From contig NW_027362763.1 of assembly GCF_046119375.1 (NCBI RefSeq), forward strand, positions 108,128,001 to 108,192,000: a stretch of 64,000 nt of DNA. Reading direction: 5' to 3'. The position numbers were made by a program, and so were the translations under genes. Source of the stretch: Phyllobates terribilis. Lineage: Eukaryota. The stretch's first letter is position 1. Each line of letters opens with the position of its first letter. Below the pieces are notes generated by a model. The model did not search any database, was not told where the DNA came from, and saw nothing but the letters and a program-made list of their open reading frames with translations. Of the stretch, positions 1 through 12,339 are shown piece after piece.

Positions 1-307
1 GACGGCATAAAGATGAGCCGAGGTCATGTCCAATGAACTCGGCTCACCTCATGCACGTCACTGACAGCGTGGGAAAATTCTCACGCTGAAGTGCTGAGTG
101 CAGGAGAATTCTCCCACGCTGTCAGTGACGTGCATGAGGTGAGCTCATGTCCAATGAACTCAGCTCACCTCATGCACCTCACTGACAGCGTGGGAAAATT
201 CTCCTGCACTCAGCGCTTCAGCGTGAGAATTCTCCCACGCTGTCAGTGACGTGCATGAGGTGAGCCGAGTTCATTGGACATGACCTCGGCTCATCTGGAT
301 GCCGTCA
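1..307. repeat. Compound palindrome: ~305-bp inverted repeat made of two ~105-bp hairpins
   Basis: gacggcat..gatgagccgaggtcatgtccaatgaactcggctcacc at the start mirrors ggtgagccgagttcattggacatgacctcggctcatc..gatgccgtc at the end. Internal hairpins lie at ~40-145 and ~162-266. Confidence 0.9.
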
Positions 308-1142
308 CAGAGAGACACTGAGGAGCGCAAGCATGCCTGCGCTTCTCAGTGTCTGCGGGATGACAGGCTGGATGGCAGCGTTCTGCTGCGGTCCAGCCTG
401 TCATCTCGATGTAGCAGAGCTGAAGCTGTCGTGGGAACCATGGAAAGGTAAGGATGAGGTTGCTTTATTATTTTATTTTTATTACAGGAGATCGTTGGCT
501 TCAGCTGGAATGGGTGTGATGGTAAGTATGGTTTAATTTAGAACAATAAAGAATTGTGTCTTTATTTCAATTAAAGGACTTTATTCTGGGTGTTTGTGTT
601 TTTTTTAACTTTGACTATGGGGTTAGTAATGGGGGTGTCTTATAGACGCCTCTCCATTACTAACCTGGGCTTGATGTCAGCTGGCATTATAAGCCGACAT
701 CAACCCCAGCCCTATTACCCCCTGCCACCGCACCAGGGCAGCGTGGAAGAGCGAGGCTAAGTGCCAGAATTGGCGCATCCTATGGATGCGCCATTTCTGG
801 GGCGGCTGACGGCTGGTGTTTCTAGCCTGGGAGGGGGCCAATATTCATGGCTCCCTTCCTGGGCTATTAATATCAGCCCCCAGCTGTCTGCCTAGCCTTT
901 GCTAGCTATTAAATTAGGGGGGACCCCACGTCATTTTTTTTGGGGGGGTCCCCCATTTTAATAGCTAGTAAAGGCTATGTATTCAGCTGGGGGCTGATAT
1001 TAGTAGCCTGGGAAGCTCCTTGGGTATTACCCCCTTCCCAGGCTTCAAACATCTGCCCCAGCTGTCTGCTTAACCTCCGCTAGAGCCTAAAATTAAGGGG
1101 TACCCCACGCCAATTTTTTTAATAATAAATCCTTTATTTTAA

Positions 1143-1700
1143 TACTAAATGACAAGTACAGTAACCAACACTATCACTGTACTTCATATATATGTGACTG
1201 ACATGTTTCTATCTATCTAATCTATGTGTGAAGCTCTATTCTGTCTGTTATAAATTGTCGGGTACCGCTGCTGAATTGCCGGCCGGCTTTTTTAAAGAGA
1301 CGGTGCATGAAAACACTAATATTTTTTTTGATAAATCCTTTACACTAAATGACAAGTACAGTAAGCAACACTGTCACTGTACTTCATATATATGTGACTC
1401 ACATGTTTCTATCTATCTAATCTATGTGTGATTCTCTATTCTTTCTATTCTAAATTGTCGGGTACAGATGCTGAATTGCCGGCCGGCTTTTTTAAAGAGA
1501 CGGTGCATGAAAACACTATTATTTTTTTTGATAAATCCTTTACGCTAAATGACAAGTACAGTAAGCAACACTATCACTGTACTTCTTATATATGTGGCTG
1601 ACATGTTTCTATCTATCTAATCTATGTGTGAAGCTCTATTCTTTCGGTTCTAAATTGTTGGGTACCGGTGTATGCCGCTGCTGAATTGCCGGCTTTTCAT
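1143..1700. repeat. ~200-bp tandem repeat, about 3 copies
   Basis: The anchor (a)ctaaatgacaagtacagtaa recurs near 1143, 1344 and 1544. Confidence 0.85.
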
Positions 1701-2499
1701 GTTTCACTGTTGGCACTGTTCCCATCGATTTGGGCAATCACTGTAATGCCACAACCACCATGGCTGCGGCATTACAGTGAGTGGCAGACAATCCCTGCAT
1801 GATTGGTGCTCTAAATAGCGCCAGACATGCAGGACACGCTTTTGGTGCACGGACAGTTATCGAACATAACCTCGAACAGCCGAATTTTTTGCAAATCGTT
1901 CGGGTTCGTCGAACAACTCGAACACCGCCCAAAACAGCTCGAATTTGAGATTGGCGAACAGTTCTAGTCGAACAACGCTCATCTCTAGAATTGAGCTGCA
2001 ATGTTCATGCTCAACTGCTGCTCCATCCATTCCCTGTGGGGCTACAAAGCGCTGTGCTTGGCTTTATCTGACAGCCCCATAGAGAATGATATAGAGGCAG
2101 TTGGGTATTCAACCAGCTGCTCCATTTTGTAACAGGGAAAAAAGTTCCCCACCGGGGATAAAGGTTCCCTTTCTGCCGATTAGTGCTAGACCAAGAGGTG
2201 ACATACCAATGATCAGAAAGTTATCACCTTTATGGCTATTGGTTTGAGTGGGGAAGGAGTCATCATTTAGATGTTAGGGTTATGGGGGCTTTCGCTGCAA
2301 TACCTTGGATGATTTAACTAGTGTATATATTGTTCCCCAGATGGGCTACTCACTCAGCAAGTAATCCAGCCCCTGCCCTCCCACCTAATATATTTCTTTG
2401 TATCTTGTTAATGGTTACAGCTGGCGGTACAATTCCCTACTGCACTTATGGAAAAATCACATATGCGACCATAGATGACTACTTGGTTATGATTAATAG

Positions 2500-3676
2500 C
2501 AGGAGTGTAAATAGAAACCATGGGGCCCCATAGCAGAGGTTCTGCTTTGGCCCCTCCTCCCCAAAAAAATCAAGTAATTATTGGGGTCACAGAAGAGCAG
2601 ATCTCACAAATTTTCAGATTTTACATAGTAATTTTCCTCCTGCTGAAGTCCTAGATTCCTCGTTCATTGCGCCCATAAAGTATTATGCAAAGAAAAGTGC
2701 CCCCAACACAGTATACCCCTATGGTGAATTCCTCCACATTAGCCTCTACATGCACAGTATAATGACCCTATAATGACCCTACTGTACCCCATCTCAACTC
2801 TCAAGGCAAAGTATGGTGACCCCAACATAGTATGATCCCCCAACTGTGACACCCACATAGACCTCCATGCAGTATAATGTATAAAGTATAAGTATAATGG
2901 CCCCACACTGTATAATGGCCCACACTACCCCTCCAAACAGTATAATGGCCCCCACACAGCCCTCCACACAAATCTTCACACTGTATAATTGCTTGCATAC
3001 AGTATAATGGCCCCCACATAGCCCTCCAAATATTATTATGGCCCCACATAACCTACCACATAGTATAATGCACCACCCATTGTCTCCTATATAATGCACC
3101 CCCTTGGTCCTCCATACAATATAATGCACCCCCATTGTCCTCCATACAATATAATGCACCCCCCATGGTCTTCTATACAATATAATTCACCCCCATGGGC
3201 CTCCATACAATACAATGCACCCCCCATGGTCCTCCATACAATATAATGCACCCCCCATGGTCCTCTATGCAATATAATGCACCCCCCATGGTCCTCCATA
3301 CTGTGTTATGGCCACCAGTCACTGATTTAAAAAAATAAATACAATACCCACCTCTCCTTGTTCCACCTGATGCCCGGTCTGTTGAGCCTGTGGTGTGGGC
3401 CTGCTGTAACGACGTCATCACGCCCTCTACTTAGACACATCAGATGCCAAGGAAGAATGATGGGGGTGGAAGGGTCTGCTGACGCTTGCTCCTCCATCAT
3501 TATTGCTTGTGCTGATGGCCGGAGACCCCCTCTGCGAGCTTCCACCCTCATCATTCTGTGCGGGTAGGCGCTGACGGGCGGAGGAGGGTTCCATTGAAGG
3601 TGCTAACACCGGGCACCCACGGCTCACGGGCCCCATAGCAGTGGCGTGGCCTGCCATCATTGGCGGTCTGCCACTG
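2500..3676. mobile_element. hAT-type MITE with 8-bp TSD, carrying a ~32-bp minisatellite (~3070-3300)
   Basis: Identical flanks ATTAATAG at 2492-2499 and 3677-3684; CAG...CTG ends; internal repeat cctccatacaatataatgcacccccatggt. Confidence 0.75.
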
Positions 3677-4080
3677 ATTAATAGTCATGATTTAGACAAC
3701 ACGGTCGAAACACACTGACTAGAATCCTGGACATGACTGTTTCATATATCTATATTTTAAGTGAATAAAGCTGTACATTTTTGCAATCTTCATTTTTCAT
3801 GATTACACATGCTCATGTGTCCATGAAAACGAGATGAGTGGAGAATGGACTGCAATTGTGGTGAAGTGGAAGCATATGGCTGTTATCCCCACAGCAGTAG
3901 TGCCCTCCCTGTGCTTTCAAATAATAATAGAGCCACCTCTGTGCCTCCCCACAGTAGTAGTGTCCCATCTAAGCCAAAAACAAGGAAAAAGTACTTTTGC
4001 ATGATAATCATACCCTCTCTCTACCTCCACATGGAAAAAGTGCCTGTGAAGAATGGCACCAGAGATATCCCGCCACCACT

Positions 4081-4975
4081 TGTGAAGGATCCGCGCCTCG
4101 CCACCCACCTGACGTCACAGTTACGTCAGACAGAACACGTGATGCGGATCGGCCCTTTGTGCCAATGTGACGTTCGAGGGCGCGTAAGGTTAGATTGGTA
4201 CAGTTCTACACAGACACCCCCTGTCCACACGGGTACGGGAAGGCACCGGGAGTGAAAAGAGGTGGCCCACTCAATCACTGATGTGGCACCACACTCGCTC
4301 ACACCCCTGACAGGCTAGGAGAACCCTTCACTAGCCCCAGTGAAGCAGAACCTTGTCAGCCTGGTAGAGCTGTCACCAGTTCCCATTAAATATAATTCCC
4401 ACTAGCGGACCAGGGGATTATATCGGGCCAGGAACCAGCCCCGGTAGCGTGTTTGTTGGACCGAACAACGAACAACAGGATTCGTGGATCGAGATAAAAG
4501 AGCAGCCCAAGGTTAAATTATATATTTAATCACCTTAAGGGCACACTAGACAATACACTATATACATAAGGGTTATACATACATAATGGTCAGAGATGCA
4601 AACACAATGGTAGTGGTACAAGAGTATGCAGATACTAAGAGTCAGTTACCAGTCAGATGAAAGGCATGACTTGGGAGGCCCGCCACATGGGAGGCTAGTG
4701 GGTCCCTCTCTCTTTTCTGTGACTTCCCTCACACGATGTGTCGTCGTGACCTCCCCAGAGAAAAAGACACTGAGCTAGGGCTGCTGAAGCTCTTAATCCC
4801 TCTGGGTCACTCCCCCTCCTGCCCCCTGGCTGGAGCTAAATCTCCACTGGCCTCTCTCAGCTAAAAACTCCAAAAACTAAAATGGGCTATACTTTCTTAA
4901 TGGACGGTCCTAGGGAGCTGGTTCTGGTGTCATCAGATCCAGCTGGGTTCCTGCTATGCGGGGAGACCAAACACA
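4081..4975. mobile_element. Probable LTR-like remnant of a different family
   Basis: Starts TGTG and has LTR-like composition distinct from the flanks. No TSD or second copy found, and the boundaries are approximate. Confidence 0.3.
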
Positions 4976-5384
4976 GTGGCCCTAGGCAGGGTCGGACTGG
5001 GCTGGCGGGGTACCGGAGAAATCCCTGGTGGGCCCTTGCTGCAGAGGAGAGGGGGAAGAAGAGAAGGAAAAAAACAAAAAACTGCTGGTTTAAGGGGCAC
5101 GGGCCCTTTAAAAGCACAGGTAGAGTGTATGCAGGGACGCGCGCACGCGGAGTTCATTACCTGACCGGCCGCGGCGCACGTCCCGATGAAGTTGAAACTG
5201 TGCGTCCGACGTCGCTGGCGTATGACGTCATCGTCATGCGCCTGCTGCGAACGAAAGTCAGCCACCGGCCTCTGCTACCAGCACGCCGGATCTAAGCAGA
5301 GGAGGACAGCACACGGCATCGGGAGCGCACGCAGGAAGATAAGAGGAATCTTTTTTTCTGTATGTGTGTGCGAATGCAGAATGG

Positions 5385-6830
5385 GATGGGGGCCTGGATG
5401 AACTCATAAGGGGAGGCCTGGATGGGTATATGGAGGGGGCCTGGATGGACACATTGGGGCAGGCTGGACGCATGGGGGCAGGATGGACACATGGGGGCAG
5501 GATAGACACATGGGGGGAGGGCCTGGATGGACACATAAGGGGGCCTGGATGGGTATATGGGGGGGCCTGGATGAACACATGGGGGCAGGCTGGACACATG
5601 GGGGCAGGCTGGACACATGGGGGGCCTGGATGGACACATAAGGGAGCCTGGATAGACACATAAGGGGGGCCTGGATGGGTATATGGGGGGCCTGGATGGA
5701 CACATAAGGGGGGGCCTGGATGGGTATATGGGGGGGCCTGGATGGACACATAAGGGGGCCTGGATGGGTATATGGGGGGGCAGGATGGACACATGGGGGC
5801 AGGCTGGACACATAGGGGGGCATGGATGGACACATAAGGGGGCCTGTATGGACACATAACGGGGCCTGGATGGACACATAAGGGGGGGCCTGGATGGACA
5901 CATGGGGCAGGCTGGACACATAAGGGGGCCTGGATGGACACATAAGGAGGGGCCTGAATGGGTATATGGGGGGTCTGGATGGACACATGGGGGCTAGGAT
6001 GAATATATGGGGGCAGGCTGAACACATGGGGCTAGGATGGATATATGGGGGGCAGGCTGGACACATGGGGCTAGGATGGATATATGGGGGGGAGGCTGGA
6101 CTCATGGGGGTTCGGATGGATATATGGGGGGCAGGCTGGACACATGGGGCTAGGATGGATATATGGGGGGGCAGGCTAGACACATGGGGGGGGCAGGCTG
6201 GACATATGTAGGGCAGGATGGATATATGGGGGGGCAGGCAGGATATATGGGGTGGGGCAGGTTGGACACATGGGGGCTAGGATGGATATATGGGGGGGAC
6301 AGGATGGATATATGGGGGCCAGGATGGATATATATGGGGGGGACAGTATGGATATATGGGGGCCAGGATGGATATATATGGGGGGGACAGTATGGATATA
6401 TGAAGGAGGACAGGTTGGACACATGGAGGCCAGGATGGATATATGGGGGGCAGGCTGGACACATGGAGGCCAGGATGGATATATGGGGGGCAGACTGGAC
6501 ACATGGTGGACAGGATGGATATATGGGGGGCAGAGTGAACACATGGAGGCCAGGATGGATATATGGGGGGGCAGGCTGGACACATGGAGGCCAGGATGGA
6601 TATATGGGGGGGGGCAGGCTGGACACATGGAGGCCAGGATGAATATATCAGGGGGACAGGCTGGATACATTTGGGCTAGGATAAATATATGAAGGGGCCA
6701 GGATGGACATATGGGGGCCAGAAGGGATTTATGGGGGGGTTGCAGGATGATATATGTGGGGGGCAGGATGGATATATGGGGGGGCCCAGCTGGAAAAGGG
6801 ACTTAATTACTGTCTGGGGGCCAGATTGAG
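5385..6830. repeat. G-rich ~20-23-bp minisatellite inside the hAT MITE
   Basis: Units such as gggcctggatggacacataagg, gggcaggctggacacatgg and ggccaggatggatatatgg. These explain the many spurious Pro/Gly-rich ORFs at 5258-6692. Confidence 0.95.
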
Positions 6831-7485
6831 GAACATACATTATTAGTTTATGGTGGCGAGTGGGGAACATTATTACTTCTGTAATATAACTTACTTTTTA
6901 GGAAACTGTTTTCCATGGGAGGGGGCAAAAGGGGGAATCCTGTTACTGTGCAGGGCGGCACTATGTCGCTTTTTTTCTTCAACTGGTGTAGTGTAGAAGT
7001 CGGGGCAAAAGTGTGGAATGTAATAATAATGCTATAATAATAAATAATAATAATATGCTCTAGAAGAGATCAGTTATTGATAACTGTGTGTTATTTTCTG
7101 CAGAGTTGAGTCCTGGCTGGAAGAAGTGATGGCGGTCTGTACAAGATGAAGAAGAAAAGCGAAGATGAAGGACTTCACCTAGAGATGTCACTAGTGAGTC
7201 AGTGTATTACATGTACACTTACACTATACACTATATAGTATATACAGAGCTTCTGTGTATAATGGAGCTGGTGGTAATAACAGTGTTATTAGTATTGTGG
7301 TTTGTATTCATGATCGGTATTGTAGTATTTGGTCACTATGTGGTGGTAATATGTGGTCTGGTCATGGTGTGGCGATATTTGTCCCTTTTGTATGTGGCAT
7401 TATTGGTGTTGGTATAGTGGATTGTGTTGTGTATGGCGGTCATTTGTTCTCGCTGATATTAACTAAGAGAAAATTTTTTCCATTA

Positions 7486-7698
7486 GGACACAGCCCCACT
7501 ATCAGTATTTGGTCAGTATTCGGTTAGTATTTTTTCTCACGAGTGGGAGCCATAACCTAGAGTGGGTGATAAATGCAGAATTGGTGACTTGTTTCTATTA
7601 TACCTTTTCTCTGATTGTTCCTCACCTGGTTTTGGCTCCCACTTCTGAGAAAAATACTGACAAAATACTGACCAAACTCTGATAGTGGGGCCGTGGCC
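7486..7698. mobile_element. Palindromic Harbinger-type MITE, nested; further copies at 31267-31460 and 39560-39769
   Basis: GG(A/C)CAC...GTGGCC ends, TTA on both sides, internal cagtatttggtcagtatt / aatactgacc inverted arms. Confidence 0.85.
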
Positions 7699-8749
7699 TT
7701 AGAGATTAAATACTTGAACCAGAGCGGCAGAGATGTACTTACAAGGGTTCTCCGGTGAAAACAAGTAATCGTCTCTCCACAGGATGTGGTAACTTATAAG
7801 TGATAACTTATTGATTGGAGGGGGTCTGACTGCTGGGATCCAATTGGCAGAATGTGGAGCTTTTCTCTCCATTAAACTGGAGCTGCATGTTCGATTCGAC
7901 CACTGATCCAGTCATTCCCTCAGTGGCTGTCAGCGCTGCTTTTTTTTGGAAGCCCCCAAGAGAATGAATGGAGCTGCAGTCAGACATCCCACCTGCAGCT
8001 GCATTTTAAAATGGGGATAAGTGCCCTGTCAGGGATAAAAGTTCCCCATTCTTCCGATCGGTGCAGTTTCCAATGGTCGAACTCAAATGATCAATAAGTG
8101 ATCACCTATACTGTGGAGCCCATGGATCGATGATAACTTGTTTTAACCAAAGAGCCCCTTTAATGCAAACTACCGTAATTGTACATCCCAGTTATAGTGG
8201 CGCACAGTAGATGTGCAGGAGTTGCTTGTGATTTACAGTCGATGCTCCACTATAACAGGGATAGCGGATAACAGACATTTGCATATTGCTGTAGGTGGAC
8301 CCCTAGTGTCAATTCCCCCTGTGGGCCCCAGACACCCCAGTCCGACCCTGGCCCTAGGGGTTTCTGAAAGGCTGTGCAGTGTATATCCTCATCCCTATGC
8401 GTTAGACTGTGCTGGAAGCCAGGGAGACATTCCTCCTGTTCGTGTGATTCCAAAAATCTATTTGGTGTATCACTGGAATGTATCGTATTCCCGTAACTCG
8501 GTATTGAATTATACTTGTCTGACACAAAGGACATGCCACATGGCTGGGGTTCGCAGCTCCACAGCAGAAGATGAGGGTTTTGTCACTCACTGTCTCTCAG
8601 ACCCCTCTCTTCTTGTTTACCTGCAAAAGTGTCCAATTACATCTGTACACTGTAGACGGTTATAATCCCCTGCCAAACAGGATACACTGATTGACATGGG
8701 ATTACATCTACAATATTCTTCACAGTGCCCCTAAACAGTAGTAGTACTT

Positions 8750-9433
8750 TGTTGCGATTCCGTAGTCAGATCACCCAGGGCCAGGGGCTCCTTCCCTGTC
8801 CCTAATGCTAGGGGCACCCTAGCTATCCCTGCTTACCAGATTACTTCTGATGGTGAGACGCCGGGGCCACATACCTTGCTGAACTCCTGAATCAGCCCTA
8901 TATCTGCCCCCTCCCCCACCCAGGAAAGTGGGAGGAATAGTGTATGTTAATACACAAACCAGACAAACAAGGAAGGACGTACAGGGATAAATGAAAATAC
9001 CAATCTTACAAAAATGCACTCACAAACAACAGAGAGGAACACCAGGGAGAAAAGGAAGGGAAAATAAATAGGAGAGGATGAGGATTTGTACACAGCCAAA
9101 ACACCTAGTAACAGTCACAGATAAACACTCCAAACGCCTCTACCAAGAACCGACACCTCCGCTCTTCACCAGGCAGTACAAGACTTAATACTGGCAATCC
9201 AGATTGCTAGAGGCAAGTATATATAGGAGAGGGAAGTGGCCAACACTGAAACGCTTAGATAATCCAATCTGGGAAGCTTCAGAGACTCCAAGCTGAGCAG
9301 ATTAACCCCTGCACTGCTAACAGAAACCTGCTCTGTCTAATATGAAGGGGAAGTGCTTCTGATCAGTGCATGAGTACGTGAAATCAGACTCTGAGGTCTT
9401 CTGGCCCCACTGTGTTGCAATAAACCCGTGACA
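8750..9433. mobile_element. Probable solo LTR (TGT...GTGACA)
   Basis: TG...CA ends (tgttgcgatt ... aataaacccgtgaca). The TSD is not clean. Confidence 0.45.
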
Positions 9434-9779
9434 GTACCCATCTGTCACTCCACACCGTAATACTGCCCCCGTTGTGGCTCTACACAATAAAATTTCCATT
9501 TTTGCCCCAGGACAGTCCAACATTTTTCTCCATACAGTTCTCCTGTGATCCTATGATAAACTTAAACTTATCTCATTCACCTCCTGACCATCTCTGTCTT
9601 CCTCCAACCCGCCACTTATGACCTGATGCAGGCAACACGATGATGTGATGTCATTGTGCTGCCAGACTTCCTTCCAGAGCAAGTGGTGGAGCAGATGCAC
9701 TATATATGCCTTTTCCTTGCATTTGTGCAGCCATACATACATGCATGTAAATATTTTTGGTAGTAATACGGCAGCTTAA

Positions 9780-12339
9780 GGCTATGTGCACACGTAGCGT
9801 TTTTGATGTGGTTTTTCCGCCGCAGAAACACTGCAAAAACACTTGTTAATAGATCTGCCAGCTATAGCAAAGACCTATAGCTGATATGAAATTTCCGCTC
9901 AGGATTACCATTGCGGTAAAAACAGCATCATGACCATTGTGCGGGTGTTTCCACCGCAAATTTGTGCTCATTGATTTGAATTGAACTGCAGCAAAACCAC
10001 AGGTATAATATTTATACCTGCGGATTTTTTGCGTTTCAATTAAAGCCAGCCAATTGTCGCGAATTTGCGGCGGAAAAGCGGTGCGGGTGGTACCTGGGTC
10101 GGGAGAGGAGGACTACTACTCCTCTCATCCGAACACCGCTCCCGCTGATAACAGCGAGAGCGGCACAGCTGCAGGGAGCAGTAGTTTTCCCAGCCAAGCT
10201 GGCGTGCCCGCGCTAAAATATATATATTTTTTTTTAAAAAAAACATATACTCAACTGTCCGGTGCCCCCGGGTGTCCTCCTGGTCCCCAGAGATGCTCTC
10301 TTCCAGGCGGCTGGCGGTACACTGCTGGGAGCGCGCTCACTCCCAGCAGTGTACTGTGCTTTCAGGACCTGCGGTCACGTGAGCAATCAGCTGATCTTCA
10401 GCTGATGAACCCCAGTGACCTCCTGCAGCAATGTATACTGATAGGAGGGATTTTACACTCCTGTCAGTATACAGTGCTGTTTTCTACAGCAGTGACATCA
10501 GTGATTGCTGATGTCACTGCTGTAGAAGTGACCCGGATCGCCGAGGGACAATCATTGGTGGTAATCATGGACTGCGTTGTTGACGGCGGACAGGTGAGGA
10601 ATATGATTGTTTGTTCTTTTACTTTTTTTTTAGAAGATCGTGGGCTTCGCGTTGCGTACAATAAAATTTTTTTTAAAACCGTGTGTTTTTTATTTCATTA
10701 AAATAATTTATTCTGGCCGTGTTTTTATTGAAAAGGTGGCAATAATTTTACTACATAGTTAGTAATGGGGGCCCTCCATAAACGCCCTCCATTACTAACC
10801 TGGGCTTCATGTCAGCCGCCAATACAAGACTGATGTGAACCCCAACCCCACTCACTACCGCTACAGGGCAGTGGGAAGAGCGGAGGCTAAGCGCCAGATT
10901 TGGCACATCTTATGGATGCGCCATTTATGCGACTGCTGAGGGGTGATATTAATAGCTGCGGAGGGGGCTAGTATTCATGGCCCATTCCCTGACTAATAAT
11001 ATCAGCCCGCAGCTGTCTGTTTAGCCTTTTCTGGTTAGATTTTATAGTCAATTTTTTACTGGGGTCTCCCTGTAATCTAGCCAGTAAAGGTTAAACAAAC
11101 AGCTGCAGGCTGATATTAATAGCCAGGGAACATTGTTGGCTAATGGCCCCTTCCCTGGCTACTAATATCAGCCCCCAGCAGTCGGCTTTCCCTCTGCTGG
11201 TTATAAAAATTATGCGAGAGCCCACGCCATTTTTTTTTTTCATTTTAAGCTCTGTGCCCGCGATCCGGACGTAGCAGCGCTTTGGAAGCATATTTTTTGC
11301 TGAGTCCAAAACGTTTCATTCTATTGAATGCAGGTAAATCCACATGTGTTCACTGAACCATGATTATTTACCGCATTCTATACTTTCTAGTGGTCAAATT
11401 TCTGTTTCAGAGAATAACGACTCCGCAAGATAATTTGACATGAAAGACGTGCCGCATGTCGGTGTCCACGGGTGATTCGCAGCCTCTGATGCACGCATAG
11501 TGGACATGGGATTTCTAGAGATCCCATCCACGATGCTGTACCATCTGGACGCTGTATAAACATGCATTGACAAACTGGCCATGGCTCCTGATCGTGGCCA
11601 CGTACCCAAACTCACACGCAGCATGTCAATTTCTGTAGCGGACACGCCAGTCTCTGCTGCAGATTTTAACTGATCGAAGTGTCATTATTTGTAGTGGATT
11701 CACATGTAACGACAACAAAAGTGCGGCATTCGTACATAGCATTTTAGACACAGCAAAAATATGCTGTGTCCAAAGCGCTGCTGAGTGCTGATCGGGGGGA
11801 CGTAGCGCCTAACCAAACAGCTGTGGGCTGTTAATAATGGCCAGGGACCATGTTTGCAAATGGCACCTTCCTAGGCTAAAAATAGCAGCTCACAGCTGCC
11901 GCATAAATTACATGAAAGGAATTGCTAATGAGATTGGGCAAATGGGATTAGCTGACACCTAGCTCTTTTGTTTGGTGATGACAAGGTGTCAATCAGACTC
12001 TTTCATGATGAAACCTAATTAAAGTAAACAGTTAAATAAACACACAGACAAGAGCAAACACTTTATTTGAAATACAACAGACACATTCTTTAATCATTTA
12101 AATTAACCAATATACTCTCCCCAGTTCTGACGGTAATCCAAGGGTTTAAGCAATGTCCTACCAAATAACTTTATTTAGCTCCAAAAAGCATTCATACAAA
12201 GACGCTTCAAAAACCGCATCTAAAAATGCATCAAAAGCGCGTACAAATGTGTGTTTTTTCTGCAGCGTTTTTCCTGCCAAGGAGATGCAGAAACGCTCAG
12301 GAAATTTCTGCTTCAAATCCTGTTCATGCGCACATAGCC
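9780..12339. mobile_element. Composite Harbinger-type non-autonomous element(s)
   Basis: GGCTATGTGCACAC at 9780 after TAA; inverted TGCGCACATAGCC ending at 12339 before TTA. Internal 10600-11240 is homologous to 480-1120. It may be more than one nested element. Confidence 0.5.

Larger units (their letters stand above)
1..1987. mobile_element. Non-autonomous hAT-family element (right end, TIR ...CGCTCATCTCTA); left end lies outside the window
   Basis: Ends in cgctcatctcta (1976-1987), the reverse complement of the TAGAGATGAGCG TIR also seen at 22551 and 29744. 1735-1830 is the reverse complement of 52900-53010 in the transposase-bearing hAT element. Confidence 0.7.
4987..8350. mobile_element. 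hAT MITE (TIR CAGGGTCGGACTGGG) with 8-bp TSD
   Basis: TIRs at 4987-5001 and 8336-8350 are perfect inverted copies; TSD GCCCTAGG at 4979-4986 and 8351-8358. Confidence 0.92.

Noticed and set aside
4468-4484. ACGAAC(AAC)AGGATTCG resembling the complement of the tRNA-Ser(CGA) T-arm in the 4081 repeat
   Set aside because: Only 11 contiguous nt, no TGG start, and a single occurrence; it could be chance.
5258-6692. Numerous 100-260 aa Pro/Gly-rich ORFs on both strands
   Set aside because: They are translations of a stop-poor minisatellite, open in several frames at once.
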